This document shows positions 1-14,900 of a stretch of DNA of 64,000 bases, piece after piece. The position numbers and the translations under genes were made by a program. This stretch comes from Felis catus (taxonomy: Eukaryota). The stretch spans positions 22,632,001 through 22,696,000 of the forward strand of contig NC_058383.1 in the NCBI RefSeq assembly GCF_018350175.1, read 5' to 3'. The first letter of the stretch is position 1. Each line of letters begins with the position of its first letter. Below the pieces are notes generated by a model. It ran no database searches, had not been told where the DNA came from, and saw nothing but the letters and a program-made list of their open reading frames with translations.

Positions 1-371
1 GGGAAGATTTCAGAGAGGGCACTGGTGCTTTCCAGTAGCACCCCCATCAAAGGATGTATAAACATCAACTGTCAGCTTCCTCCATACATCACCCCCCAAC
101 CCACCAGTTGTCCCTCCTTCCTTCAAGCCCATTTACACTATTGTCTCATCCTCTCCTGTTCCCAGGGACCTGTACTGACTGCCACTTCTCTCTTTTGCCC
201 TATGTCTTCAACTTCCTTTCTTCTTAAGCCCATAAACATGCCAAAGTTTCTCCTAGTCTAAAAACAAGGCCAGAGGCCTCCTCCACTGACCTCTTATATA
301 CCCCTAATATTACACTCCTTTCTTCCTAGTCAAGCTTTTTGAAAAAATAATCTACACTTTCAGCCTTTATT

Positions 372-730
372 TATTTAAAAAAAGTTTTAATGTTTATTTT
401 ACTTTTGGGAGAGAGAGACAGAGACAGAGACAGAGTGTGAGCGGGGGAGGGGCAGAGAGAGAGGGAGACAAAGAAGCTGAAGCAGGCTCCAGACTCCGAG
501 CAGTCAGCACAAAGCCCCATGCGGGGCTCGAACTCAACGAGCCGAACTGTGAGATCATGACCTGAGCCAAAGTCGGACGCCTAACCGACTGAGCCAGCCG
601 GGTGCCCCTATTTTATTTATTTTGAGAGAGAGTGCACATGAGCAGTATGCACCCTCACGAACCGTGAGATCATGACTTGAACCCAAATCAAGAGTCGGAT
701 GCTTAACCAACTGAGCCACCCAAGTGCCCC
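372..730 (-). mobile_element. Two tandem antisense CanSINE (SINEC_Fc-like) copies
   Basis: tRNA-derived heads ending ...ggtgcccc (608) and ...gtgcccc (730), with (GA)n and T-rich tails. Confidence 0.88.
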
Positions 731-1628
731 CAAAACCCTACGTTTTCAGAATGGAGGTATTCCAGAGGTTTTCATCCCCACCTGCATCCAGCCCTAGTCT
801 CTTCTCTGAGCTTCCCAGTCCTATGTCCAACTGACTATTACCAAATGATCTAGAAGCACTAGAATGAGCTATCTTCCCCCTTGTGTGTTCTGTTTCAACT
901 GCTGACACCATTACCCACTAAGCCAAAAATCTGAGATTCCTTCCTCTCCTATCTAATCATGCATTCACTTAGCCCTGCTGCTTTCTTTTCCCTCCTAAAT
1001 CTCTTTCCAGTTCAGGTCTTTCATGCCCATGGCCCCTGCCACAGGTCAGGCCCTTCTGGCCACCTTCACCCCCCCACCCCTGTCCTCCATAAATCCACAG
1101 ATTCTGTTGCTAGAGTGGGACCTTATCACTCCCCTGGTCAACCCCTTCAATTGAACAGTAAAGTTCAGGTTTGCCAACATGCATCACAAGCTCCCTGGAC
1201 ACCTTTCTAGCTTCCTGACTCCATTCCCCACATAATCAATACTCTTGCCATAACGAGCTGTTTGTAGTTCATGCCAAACTGTCTTTTCTGCCTGGAATAG
1301 CCTTTGCCTCCGCCTTGATCTACTTCCCCTGCTAATTTGTCATCTTCCACGGAGCATTTCTGGAACTCCCCCGTGTTGTGCTAACTGCCCACCCTCTGAG
1401 CACTCTGAACATACGCTCTAAATTTAAGACACGGTATTTAATGTATTGCTTAATGTCACAGTCCCCCTCATTAGCCTGTGTACCTCTGAAGGGCAGGGGC
1501 CTCACAGCAATACTCTTCATGCCTACTACATCAAGTATGTGCTCAGTGTTTGTTCATTCATTACCGAACTGGAATTACTGCCTAGCTCTACTGTATATTA
1601 GAATTTAACAAAAGTGAAAAGAAACAAA

Positions 1629-1825
1629 GGGGCGCCCGGGTGGCTCAGTCAGTTGAGTGTCCCACTCTTGGTTTCGGCTCAGGTCATGATCTCACGGTTC
1701 GTGGGTTTGAGCCCTACGTGGGGCTCTGTGCTGACATTCAAGGAGCCTGTTTGAGATTCTCTCTTTCCCTGTCTCTGCCCCTCCCCCACTATCTGTCAAA
1801 ATAAATAAAAATAAAAACTTAAAAG
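1629..1825 (+). mobile_element. CanSINE
   Basis: ggggcgcccgggtggctcagtc head, CT-rich region and aaataaataaa tail. Confidence 0.9.
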
Positions 1826-2154
1826 AAAACTAGACAGAAGACTGAAGGCATTATTGGACTGTTCATCCAGGCAATTTTCCGAGTTTGGAGTCATTTCAAT
1901 TTACTGGCTAAGAAAGTATGAGATTAGCAGTTTAAATTTCTCCCACTTACTCCATTTTTGTGAACTATTAAGTTTTAAAAGTTGTATATTGTTTTCTTGT
2001 AGTTCCCACATTTATTAGCCAACATGTATTTAAATTGATTCTGATTTTTTCACATTTATATTGTTTATAATTATTTTGATTATATTAAATAATTTTGATT
2101 AATATTAAGTAATTTTGATACCTGTGGAGTAACTGCAGCATCAAACTTTTAAAC

Positions 2155-2372
2155 GGGGCGCTGGGTGGCTCAGTCAGTTAAGCATCGGACTCTTGATTTC
2201 TGCTCCGGTGGTGATCTCACAGTTGGTGGGTTGGAGCCCCCCTGCCTGCAGCTCCGCGCTAACAGCCTGACAGCGGACAGCCTGCTCAGTTTTCTCTTTC
2301 CCTCTCTCTCTCTGCCCCGTCCCTACTTGCGCTCTCTCTCTCTCAAAATAAATAAAATAAACATTAAAAAAA
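2155..2372 (+). mobile_element. CanSINE just upstream of the NDUFAB1 promoter
   Basis: ggggcgctgggtggctcagtc head, (CT)n and A-rich tail. Flanked by cttttaaac repeats. Confidence 0.9.
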
Positions 2373-2451
2373 GAAACCCTTTTAAACAAATGTATTTCAC
2401 AACTTTCGGAGAATAAATAAAACTAAGTTCCTTTCCTGTGTCACATATTAG

Positions 2452-3033
<582 letters not shown>

Positions 3034-6000
3034 TAAGAGCCGGAGCACAGACCCTCCAAACACCCCTGGGTGTAAATGCTGGCTCCCACTTTTCGAAACT
3101 TTGAGCAAGTCCATTACCTTCCTAATATCAGTCTGAACGGCTGATAAAGTTGGGGTACTAGTCTCTATGGAGTTGCAACGAGATTTTGAGAGCATGTTGT
3201 AGGTAGAGCACCTAGTTGCGGTGCTTGGTAAGCTTTCAAAATACTGGTTTCTGTTAGTTGTAGTTATAATGACAAATACCGTGATAGCTTTCTAGGGAAA
3301 AACTAATGACAAGGTGCAAAAAGGAAGCCACACTGGCCTATAACCTTCTCCAGAGCATTTCTCGTTCGGGATTTCTCCCTGTAATGCCTTTTGCCTGTTC
3401 ACTTGCTTCCTGAAGGAAAGATAGGAAAAAAAGCAGTATTTAGCCTTTCTGTCGGATGAAACCTTTGTGAGGCAGAAATTGTCTTTAGGGCAGTCATTTT
3501 CCACCCTCAACCCTTGCTGCACATTCAGATCACCTGAGCAGCTTAAAAGAAGGGGGAAGAAATCCCTTACCCCCTCCTCCCCACCACTGTGCATTTTGAT
3601 TTACTTATCAGAGATGAGGCCCTGGCATGGATTTTCATTTATGCTCCCCAGGTGACTAAAGGGTTGGGCCAAGATCAAGAACTACTGCCCTAAGGTAGAA
3701 TAGACTCTCAGGGTCAAGTTGAGAACCCCCCCAAACCAGTGGCCTCAATAGTGGTTTCAATATTTCAGTATTGACAACATATTAGAATATAACAATAAGG
3801 ATGCCCAGGCCAAGTCAATCATTATTTCTAGAGTTGGGGCCTGGGTGTCTGTTTTTAAAAGTCACCAAGTGATTCTTTTCTGTGGCTAGGGTTGAGATGA
3901 CCGTGTGATGGATTAATTCATAGGGCATTGGCCCCATTGCCTGAATCAAAAGGTTGAAACTGTCACCTTGAAGTTAAGAGGTAAAGGGCAGTATGTAGAG
4001 TTGTTGAGTGTTTTCTTCCTGAGAGGGATTTCCATTGTAGGTTAAAATGCAAAATGATTGCCCCTATTCATAGAGCACTGATTCTCAGACTTGATTGTTA
4101 CAGATCACTTGGGCTAAAATACAGTGTCTGGGAAAGGGCCCAAGAGTCTTCATTTATAGTAGGCTCCCAGAAGATCCTGGTGCCACTGGTCCTTGGACCA
4201 CAGCTTGAATGGAAGGGTGCTCAGAGATGTTCCACTACCTCTGCTTGGTTCATGTATACAGCAGAAAAACTATTTTATTTATATTTACAAAGTGATTTTG
4301 ACCAAGTGCTCCCATTTAACCACCTTACATCCTTTGCTGATTGAAGTGAGAGTGAGTAAACACTTGTTCTTTCAAAGGAACAGGACAGCTATGGGCCAGA
4401 CCTTATTCTAGCTGTTGAAGGTAGAGAGATACAAAGGAAAGACACCAGTTAATAACTCATTGGACATTCTGTGGCCTCGTGTTAAACTTGCCAGCTCATT
4501 CCCTGCTGGTGTTCTCTAGATTGTTCTACACTGTTTGTTGTGGTTCGCCCTTTTTCCCTGTCTCTCTGCTCCTACCCTGTTGGGACACTTTCTAATCCTT
4601 AAATGTTGGTAAGTTCCAGAGATCGCTTACCACACTCTCTTCCTGGTCTGTCTCTTCACTCTCTTGGTTTGTTACTGCCTGTCTCCCAGTTACCCCAAAC
4701 TTCCACCTCCAGCCCTCGCTCATTTCATCTGGACTATTGCTTATTCCACCCATTCTTTTCCATTAGATTTTTTTCTCCTCAAATCTATCCACTATGCTGA
4801 CTCCAGGGGAACTAGTTATTCATTTATATTCTGACTCATCCCTGCCCCCTAAAAGGAGCTATGAAGCAGGTCTCCTGGATGTAAAAATATGACAGTATAA
4901 AATCGAAGGTAAGAAAAACAAGGGTGGTGGCCTAAAATGGAACTTGGATGTCTTATTCTTGACCCAGGCAGGCCCCAAATCTGAACTGTGTCAAAGGCAA
5001 AGCACAAAGAAGACTTCTAAGTGTTCTATGGGGCACGGTACCCAGATGAAGGCAGAATGCTTGTGCAGGGAAAGCCCAGCTGTTTTGTCTTACTCAGGTC
5101 TCTGCAGCCCTGGGCCCTGCCTCTTCAGCCTCAGAGCCTGTCTGCGAACCACCTTACCCTTCAGTCTCCTTACCAAACACACCGGCTACACTTTCAGGCC
5201 TCAGTTCTTTTTCTTGGCCTGACCTTCCCTTCTTGAATAACCCTGTCCTTTCAGGGCTGACTCCAGGTTTGGTATCTGTTTCTTCCTTGCCTGTCAAGGA
5301 CTGAATGACGACTTTGTTCCTGAAGCAGCCTACAAATACATCTGTCATGGCTCTTGCTACATTTTTATTACAACTGAAATAATCTCTGTGGATTGGTCTT
5401 TCCCATTACGCCATAAAAGCTCCTCTGAGGGTAGCGGTCATATTTTATTTATCTTTGTAGTTCCAGCCTACAGCACAGTGCTAGGCACAGGAGGTACAGC
5501 TCACGGGCTGCTGAGACATAGCCATGTGTGAGAACAGGGTGCGTGTACAGCACAGAAGAGGGACCTACCTAGTGCCTCCGGTGAGCAGGGTCTCAAAGGC
5601 GGCAGTTTCTCACGCACTCAGGCCAGGGTGTGACAGCACATGCAAAGACCAGGAGGAGCCTGGCACTCTTATGGTTGACCCTCGGGTGCCAGTGGAATGG
5701 AGGGGAGACCTGAGTTGAGGTAGATGTAGGCATGTAGTGAAGGGCGCTAAGGAATGTGGGTGTTCTGTGTAGGTTGCAGGGAGTAAATGTGAAACAAGGT
5801 TTGTTGAATAAGGGAGATCTTTCCTCCCAGTCAGCCAGGCTGGGTGACCCAGTAAACATGATGGTGAGACACTGGGAAGGGTGGACGTTGGTCTCTGGCC
5901 AGAGCACCAGGGGGCAAATAAGGAATAGAGGTCTGCGAGCAGGTGTTCTGGGGACACGTAAGGATTTCCAAACCGACGTCAAAATGTCTGCGACCCGGGT

Positions 6001-8558
6001 GGAGCTGTTTGGGGAGGGGGGGCAGTTGATAGAGATGGCCTTTGAAGCTGTCTCCTTAGCTTTAAACTGAGGTTCCTCAGTTTCCCTTAGTCAGAGATGC
6101 GCCCGAGTAGAGATGGATGGATGTTGAGGGAAATGAACCAGGTAATTTGTCTCTACTGGTCTAGCGGGTAGTTACTCTTTGCCTGCATACAATGCCTTCT
6201 CTGATGGCTGTAGGAGGTGACTTACGTCACATAGAATTGTTTAGTGTAGATCTTGGGGAAAACAACACCAAAAACGTTGATTGTTGGGGACACTGCAGGG
6301 GTGTCCGTTCCCATTCTGTGTGCCTCTCTCTCTCTCTCTCTTTTTTTAAATAGCTGAGTCCAGCAGGAAGGAGGCAATAAGACCCTCCCGAGAGGCCAAG
6401 CTGGGAGACCTGGGGCTGGATTCCTAACTTTTCTTTGTCTCAGTTTCCTGTCGTAAACTGGGACTATTGTCAGAATGAAGGAGATGATGGTTGTAAAGTG
6501 CCTAGCGCAGTGCCATAGTCCAGCCTAGGGTAAGAAGTCCATAAAGAGACCAGAAGGTGGGGGGGCATGAGAGGGAACGAGTGGGATCAAGTACTTAGGG
6601 GCCACATTACCACCAGAGCCTCAGATTGGCAGGTCATTACCCTGATCCTCCTAGGCAGGCCTCCAGAGCACTCACTGTGGATGAGCCGGGCTGTTCTGAG
6701 CCCTGCACGCTCTCTCGGTGATGCCTCAAGCAGTGCTGTGAGCTTTGTACTGCTGCTTGTCCTCATTCTACAGATAGGGAAACTGAGACATAGAAGGATT
6801 AAGTAACTTGCCCAGGGCCACACAGCTAGTAAGAAAGAGCTAGTGCCAGGGTACAAACATAGGCGTCTTATTCCAGAGTCTGAGCCGTCCCCCACTGCAC
6901 CTGCCTGCCCTATACCGAGCCCACGGTAGCCCCCCATTTTGGACTGGCATGTGCTCTCCGGGTGGCGACCCTTTTATTTTCATCACTATCATGTGGTGCC
7001 CACCTGACCCAAGTGCGTGCACCTGCCAGTGCTGCTGGGGACGGTGCTGACACCTAGTGGGCCACTTGGGTAGTTGTGTGCAGATGTGCCTTCACTGGCT
7101 TCCTCCCTCGTGGGCTCTGCAGCACAGCCTCCCGTTTTCCCTTCCTCCTCAGCAGGAATTCCCCCTCATACCTCTTCCTGATGTGCACAGACAAGGCCTC
7201 TGCCAGATCCTTCCCCCTCAGAGTTCTTTCCTGTCATCACCACTATTAACTCCTTTCTCCTCTCTTTGGTCCCTTCTGCTGCTTCATTTTACTTGTGGCT
7301 TGTGGAGACTTCTAGTGATTGTGGTTAAGTAGGCCCAGAGATGGTCCCAGAGCGGCAGTCTCCTTAACTCACACTGCAGTTGGAAAGGAAAGGACACTAC
7401 ACATTTGGCCAAAGATAATAAGTGCTCTTAAACTCTGAAAGGACTCAGAAATACCTTAGAATAGCCATAAAGCTCTTCATCTAATCTCTTTATAGCTTGC
7501 TGATTAAACCTGATTTCAGTATGTGATTTTTTTTTGTTGTTTGCAAGATAAATATTTCTTATATAGAGGTATATACAGGTTTGGTTCATTCAGCAGCATT
7601 TTTAATTATGATTTTCATAGACCTCTGTCAGTCTCAGAGACCTGAGCCCCAACACACAAACCCACTTTCTATGGGAAATTGCCCTAAGAACTCAAAACTG
7701 CAGGTTTAAAATCAACTTTAAAAGGTAAACACACCAGTTCAGATTAGGGACTTCATTGTGAGCAGAAGTATCAGACAGCTGTTTTGTTTCTCTTGTTCTG
7801 CATTGTCCCTTCCACAGCGTTAAGCCCGCTGAGCTGTGAGTTGGACTTCTTTTCAGATTTGGTGAAAGAATCCATCCAAGACTCTAATACCTAGCTAAAT
7901 ATCAAGTAGGCTAGTACCAGAGACATTTGAGATACCAGTCCCATCACGGTAAAACCCAGAAAGCCTCATGGTTTTGCTGGTGGCGGTAAGGCAAGCCTAC
8001 CCTGAAGGGAAACAAATTGGACCATAAGGACTGTCGGGCTCCCTCATCTCCTTCGGGCTGGTAGTTGGCTCATTTGCCCTGGCCAAGGTCAGTGTAATCA
8101 CTGCTGGGGCCATTTTAGACCTGCGGTGTGGCCCTCAGGGTGAGCTGCCTCTCCATTTACCGTGACAGCTCTTTCCAGGTGGGTTACTTTGACTCAGGCA
8201 TGCCTGTTAACGGTGGCAGTGCCTCAGAGTGGCAGGAGTGCTGCAGAAGGGGCCACAGGAAGACTTCGACTTATCTGCAGACCCTATCTGGTTTTAGTGG
8301 CAGAAAGTCTGCCTGGGCCAGACGGGGCAGTCCTGGCTCTGAGGGGGAAGGAGGCCCATTTTTATGCTGCTAAACCGCTAGGGCTTCTGAAACAACCCAG
8401 CGTTGTGACCCCGGGTGGCCTAATGGCCAGAGTAGAATCAGAGGATGTGGGTTCTCTGAAGTGCCAGAAGCCCTGTGGAAGGCATCTGGGGGCTAGTGCA
8501 TTGACCTAGAGGCATGTTCGGTTCAACACCGCTTTGTTCCTGCCTTTCCTTGCTTTAG

Positions 8559-8690
<132 letters not shown>

Positions 8691-9069
8691 TAATGTTTTT
8701 CTTTAAATTAGCATTTAATCAATGGTACAGAATTCAGAGGGTTCAAAGGGATATTCAGCAAAAAGTCTCCCTGACTCCTAGCCACATGGTTCCCTTTCTG
8801 GGACGCAGCCAGTGGAACCAGGTTCTTGTGTATCTTTCCAGAGATACTCAGTACATACACAAGGAAGTATACACGTTTGTACATGTATGTATACTTTATG
8901 TACTATGTGATCCTTATCGCCTACCCTTTTTAAAACGCAAGTGGTAGAATACTGTAAACACTGTTCTGCGTGTTGCTTTTTAATTTATCCACTAGTATTT
9001 TTCTCACAGTGGTACATAAATTCCCTCTTTAATAACTGAATGTACTGTATAGGTAGGATAGAGGGGTTT

Positions 9070-9535
9070 TTATTATTGAGATCTGATTGGCAATAACATT
9101 ATGTTAGTTTCAGGTATACAACATCATGATATTTATATAACATTTTGAATTGATCACAGTTAAGTCTGGTTAATATCTATAACCACACATAGTTACAGAA
9201 ACTTTTTTCTTATGATGACATTTTTTAAAAATTTTTATACATTTATTTTTGATAGAGAGAGAGACAGAGCATAAGTAGGAGAGGGGCAGAGAGAGAGGGA
9301 GACACAGAATCTGAAGCAGACTCCAGGCTCTGAGCTGTCAGCACAGAGCCCGACACAGGGCTCAAACTCACAAACCGTGAGATCATGACCTGAGCTGAAG
9401 TCAGGTAGCTTAACTGACTGAGCCACTCGGGCGCCCCTCTTATAATGATAGCTTTTAAGATCTGCTCTCCTAGCAACTTCCAGATATGCAATGCAGTGTT
9501 ATTATAATCACCGTGTTGTACATTACATCTCCAGG
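9070..9535 (-). mobile_element. LINE-1 3'-end fragment interrupted by a CanSINE (9223-9437)
   Basis: L1 3'UTR-like text (caggtatacaacat...gatctgctctcctagcaacttccagatatgcaatgcagtgttatt) split by an antisense SINE with TSD tcttat(g/a)atga. Confidence 0.75.
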
Positions 9536-9738
9536 ATAGTTTTTCAGAGCAAAAATCAAAGATCTTAGTGAAATACATAAAGTGAAATCCATTGCTAAGC
9601 CTTGTATATATTGTTAACCATTTCAAAACAAGGTTGAATAAGTTAAGATATAATGCTGTCACAGGTTAAACATAAACTGCTGGTTATCACTATTTAAAAT
9701 ATGGCCTCTTTAAGAAACCTCTTCTACCTAATGATTAA

Positions 9739-9942
<204 letters not shown>

Positions 9943-10514
9943 TAGGTGTATGAAATGCTGGGAGTCAGAATCGGGATTTGAATCAAATATAGAAATAGAA
10001 ACAGCACCCCCACCACATACACGCCTGCTTACTTAGCATCAGGTGAGCATCAGGTGAAGTCAACGCTAGGGACGGTGCCTGCAATTAGAACCCACTTGGT
10101 ACAGGGCCAGTAGGGTGCCCGGTGTGGTGCCAAGGGCTGAGTGACCAGGAAAGGCCTGGGGGAGGATGGACTTAGATGCTTGAGGTGGGGGCTCCACCTC
10201 AAGCAGAACCTCACCTATGGAGACACTGAACACACCTCAGCACCTCTCGTAGCTAGGCCAAAGTGACCGTGCCCAGAGAAGTAACTGGGTGTGCCCAGAA
10301 CACACACACGTAGAGGCCTGGTTTCCTGCGGAGCCTCCCATGCACACTCCCAGGTTACGTGGCTTTCTCAGACAGTTGTGCACCGGAGACCTCTTTAAGG
10401 CTCCACAGCAGTTTTTGGGTAAGTTGCCTGAATGAAAGCCAAGGGGCTTCTGTGCCATCCTACAGAACAGAACTTAGTTATAATTCCTCAGAGATTATGC
10501 TCACTAGTGCGATT

Positions 10515-10675
10515 GCATCAGTTAGGGGTAGGATGGGAACATGGTAATGGAAATGTTCTAGAATTAGATAATGGTGATGGTTGTACAACCTTGTGAATAT
10601 ACTAAAAAACCACTGAATTTTACACTTTAGGTGGTGGGTTTTCTATCATATGAATTGTATCTTTAAAAAAAAAAA
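10515..10675 (+). mobile_element. Old LINE-1 (L1M-type) 3'-end fragment
   Basis: ggaaatgttctagaattagat...ggtgatggttgtacaaccttgtgaatatactaaaaaccactgaatt...tgaattgtatct followed by an A tail. Confidence 0.7.
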
Positions 10676-10791
10676 CAGCTGTTATACACATTATGTAACT
10701 ATTGTCTAGAACATAACTGGCCCATAACTTAAATGGGATTCGGGGTTGCTGGAGAATTTTGATGTACTTGTGGGTGGTAAGGAAGCATTAG

Positions 10792-10941
<150 letters not shown>

Positions 10942-11349
10942 AATATCAGGTAAATAATTTGACTTACAGAATGTTGTTCTCCCATAGAATTAATCTCTCT
11001 GTAGTTCTTCAGTAAAGTAAGACTTGGGAAAAATGGAAAAATTGGAAACGCTTGACAGATTTTCACTGGTTATGAAATGCAGGTCCCTTCTGGTTATCTG
11101 CCACTCAAAGGGGGCCGGCCTTAGTGATCATCTTTATCTTTGAGACGGGCCGTGAACAATTCATTCTTGGACAGGACTTCCTTGATTGTCAGCCCTCCTC
11201 ATAAAAGCAGTCTTGTACAAAACACTGAGCAAGGTAACCCAGAAGCGGAGCCCTCTACTGCCCTCAGTTACCCACCCGAAGCCAGCCCAGCCTGATGTCC
11301 CAGAAGTTGTGAGATGGCGTGAAGCTTAATCAGGCAGGAGAGGCCTCCT

Positions 11350-11590
11350 GGGTAAGAGGATGGACTCTGGAGTCAGACACTGGACTTGATTCTCAGCTCT
11401 GTCCGGGTCTGTAAGTCTGGTGACCTTGGGCAGGCTGTCTGGCCTCTAAACCTGCTTCCTCATATGTAAAATGGGGATAATGACAGGACCTACCTGGGAA
11501 TTTTGTGGTGGAGAAAGTTGGTAGTGTATGCAGATCACTTACAACCATGCTTGATGGTAAAGAAGCCTGTCAGTAGACATTAGCTGTTGT
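11350..11590 (+). mobile_element. MIR-type SINE remnant
   Basis: ggactctggagtcagac...tgaccttgggcag...cctcatatgtaaaatggggataat core. Similar MIR remnants occur near 3060-3250, 6760-6880, 48690-48800 and 57090-57310. Confidence 0.7.
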
Positions 11591-11736
11591 TATTTAGACT
11601 CTAATCAAGTGATTGACTTTTTAAATTAAACATTGTATCAAGTTCTATAACTTTAGTTACCCTGGATTGAGCACCTCCAAGTCCCTAAAAGTCAGTGCAC
11701 CAAAGAGAAACACTGAATTTACTTTGTTTTTGCCAG

Positions 11737-11900
11737 ACCCCTTTTTTTCACTGAGAGAAGAATCAGAAGATGCTGGCAAGTGTCTGGAAGTGAGAACGCG
11801 TTTTGGCATTATTGCTGCCTTTGACAGAGTAATTCTGTTTAGACTTGTATTTAAATTGTCTGTTTTGCCCTTTGAAAATAAATCTATAAAACCAATATTT
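11737..11900 (+). other. NDUFAB1: NDUFAB1 non-coding terminal exon (3'UTR)
   Basis: Acceptor tttactttgtttttgccag| before 11737, AATAAA at 11877-11882, then U/GU-rich downstream sequence. The 3' end is approximate. Confidence 0.8.
11877..11882 (+). terminator. NDUFAB1 polyadenylation signal AATAAA
   Basis: Canonical hexamer about 140 nt into the terminal exon, followed by T/GT-rich sequence. Confidence 0.75.
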
Positions 11901-14900
11901 TTCTCAGTCTTCAGTTTTTCAGTGTCTGTGAAGTACTTGTGTATATTGAATTTGCTTAATATTTTTAAAGGTTTGGCTAGTCCTTGGGATTCATGCGTTA
12001 AAAAAAAAAACTTTTCCAGCAGTGTACTTGAAATAAGTTTCTCTCCCATTACTTATAATGTAAGAAATGAGTGTTAGTGATAAAAGGATTTTTTGCCTTA
12101 GAAAAAAATTTGGGGGGCTCCATTAGTTTGATTATCAGATGTATCAGCTGACACCAGCATGTGCGACGAATTTTTTTCTCCCTGTCCTGTGGATCTCTTT
12201 CCAAATGGATAGAATTTAATACTTTGGGAGGACAGAAAGTTCTCTTTGCTACTGGAAGGTCAGATTGACATGTAAGTCTGTAAGTCACACATCAGAAAGT
12301 ACCAGCGCTTCTCTTTTTATTCTTACGGGCACTGTGTGAGGTCCTCGCGGTTGAGGCAGGCAGCCGCCTCGCTCTTGAGGAGGTTCCGTGTGAGGCCTGC
12401 CAAAATACTCCACTTTTACCAAAACGTCTTGTTCGTAGGCAGGGGAAGCGAGGGCTTGTGGCAAATAGGAGGTTGTCCCAGAAGCGCAGGGGCTGAGTGA
12501 CCCTCAGCTGGGAGAGGATCTTATGGCCGAGAGAGGAGGTGGCTTGAGTCCCTTCTGGGCCTGGGTTCCTTCCTGGGGGCACCCGGTGCCACCAGTGCCT
12601 TCTGTGCTGCCGCTCTCATACATTTGGCAGACGGCAGACCTACCTGCTTTTCCAGTAACAGGAGGCTGGTGTTCATCGTTACGTTGCGCCGTATACGTAT
12701 GTTTTAATACTACGAGTTCTTGGGAAAATGCTGGATTGGAGCACAAAGAGCATCCTCTCTTAACAGCAGCATTTAATCAGGGAATGGCCTGCGTGCTTAC
12801 TGGGCACTGGAGAGCCAACAGGGAAGAAAATAGGCTGCAGGCAGCTGCTTTGACTGGGATGAACCACAGTTTAACATCCGGGGTAAACCGTTCTCCTGGT
12901 TATTTCAACCCCTTGGCAGCTGCACATTCCGCCAAAAAACCCATCAGTGGTTGTTCCTGCCTGAGGTCACAAAGTCTGTGCACGTCAGTGCTGGCAGCGA
13001 ATGCTCTGCTACCGTCTTAACCACACACTGCCAGTGCAATGCCCATTCACGTCCTTGGGAAGCTTCCAAAGAGCCAGAATAAGGGAAAAAACTCACTGAG
13101 TCACACACAGATAATTCCTTGGTAATGCTATTTTAGGATCTGGGTGTTAACAGCAAAGATATTTCTGCTCTAAGAACTTGTTGGAAAATTCTTTGACAGA
13201 CTTGTGTGCCACCACAGGCAGATCAAATGTAGTATTCCAAAGTGTGTGAATTAAAACAGAATCAATGCGATTGCGTGCATTTGGTTTTAATGGCCTCCTA
13301 CAAATGTCTTTGAGGATCTGTGCATCTGCTGCGGGCAGTTCGCTTGATGAGAGGGTGGTGTAAAGCCGGTCTTGACATGCTTCCTGTCCCATCTCCAGTT
13401 CTGCCACGTTGCTCTTCACTCTTCCGTGTCCTCCAAACAGCCAAGTGCACTCACTCACCCAGTGAAGCAATGACACCCCTGCCATGGATGGGGCACACTT
13501 CGCCAGGTGGGGCCTGAGCACGCATCTCCGTCCTCAGCTCCCCATCTCATAGAAGAGATGGTCAGAATCCGTGTGGTACGTTCTATTCAGAATCAGCAGT
13601 GTCCCAACAAGCACCACTGCTCCCAATCTGATGAACCGAGAGAGACGTCACCTTCGGGTTTTGCTGGAATCATTAACCTGAACCTAATCACCAGGAAATC
13701 AATCGAGAAGGCGGGACTTTAAAAAAAATCAGTGCCCTGGGGAAAAAGGGCAACTATCCTAAATTAAAGGAGACCAGAGATATGTCAACCTCATGGACTG
13801 TGAAGCTTGAAAGGATTGGGGAAAAAGATCAAGATGTTCAGTGGACAACTGGACTGGGTATAGGTGACAAAACAATGTTCAGTTTGTTGGGTCTAATAAC
13901 AGCCTTACATAGACTGAACTTATTCTTAGGGGACAGAGACTTACACTTGGGAGTAAAGCATCAAGATGTCCCCAGCTAACTTTTAGATGGTCAGCACAAG
14001 AGAAGAAAAAAGAATAATGACACAGCACGTTTACAACTGGTGGCCAGTTGACAGGCATGTGCGTGCACACGTGTGTTCACTGTACTGTTCTTCCCACTGT
14101 TCAGTTTGAAATTTGCCAAACTAAAAAAGGAAAAAATTCGCGTACATGTAACGAAGGGTACACTGACAGCATACGGATAGATGTCCAACCATACGAGATT
14201 GGTTAAATAGAAATAATTTTACACAATGACATGGAAAGATCGATGTTTAGCATGATCCGTTTCTATAAAACACCTACCGAAATGTTAATAATGATCACCA
14301 TGATGTAGTAGGAATACATTGGCTTAATTCTGCCGATCAGTATTTCTTTATAAATACCATGTATTGTGTAATAAATGAAAAATATAAAAGTGACACTTAA
14401 AAGTATGTGGAAACTGGGAGGAGTGGAACAGAAGCAGGGGCACCGATACTTGGGAAAAGCACTGGTGGGCAGTGAAGCCCGAGCAGTTTCTAAGGTTCTG
14501 CAGGAGCCGGCCAGGCGGGCAGGCAGGCCGGCGAGCATCGCGTACCAAGGCAGGAGGTGGGAAGTCAGTTTGCTCAGTCTGGGACATTGCTACAGCATGG
14601 GCTCCTGGGTGGGGCCACCTGTGGCTCTTGACTCTGGCTGGGATTGTGTCCCAAAGGAGGGCCTTAGCCTGGTTAAGGAACTCGTTGGCAGAGGGTGCTG
14701 ACAGGATCTTCTGCAGGGGAGACTCAGTCAGATACACTTGGCCTCAGACGCTGGCAGCTATGCAGAGGGTACGCTGAGGGGATGGACGTGGTAGTTACTG
14801 GAAGAGCCCATGAGAAGAATGCAGATTTGGGGGTTGGGATAAAGAGGGACAGACTGGAAAGATACCGTGGGAATAAAAATGGCCACACTTGGTCAGACGA

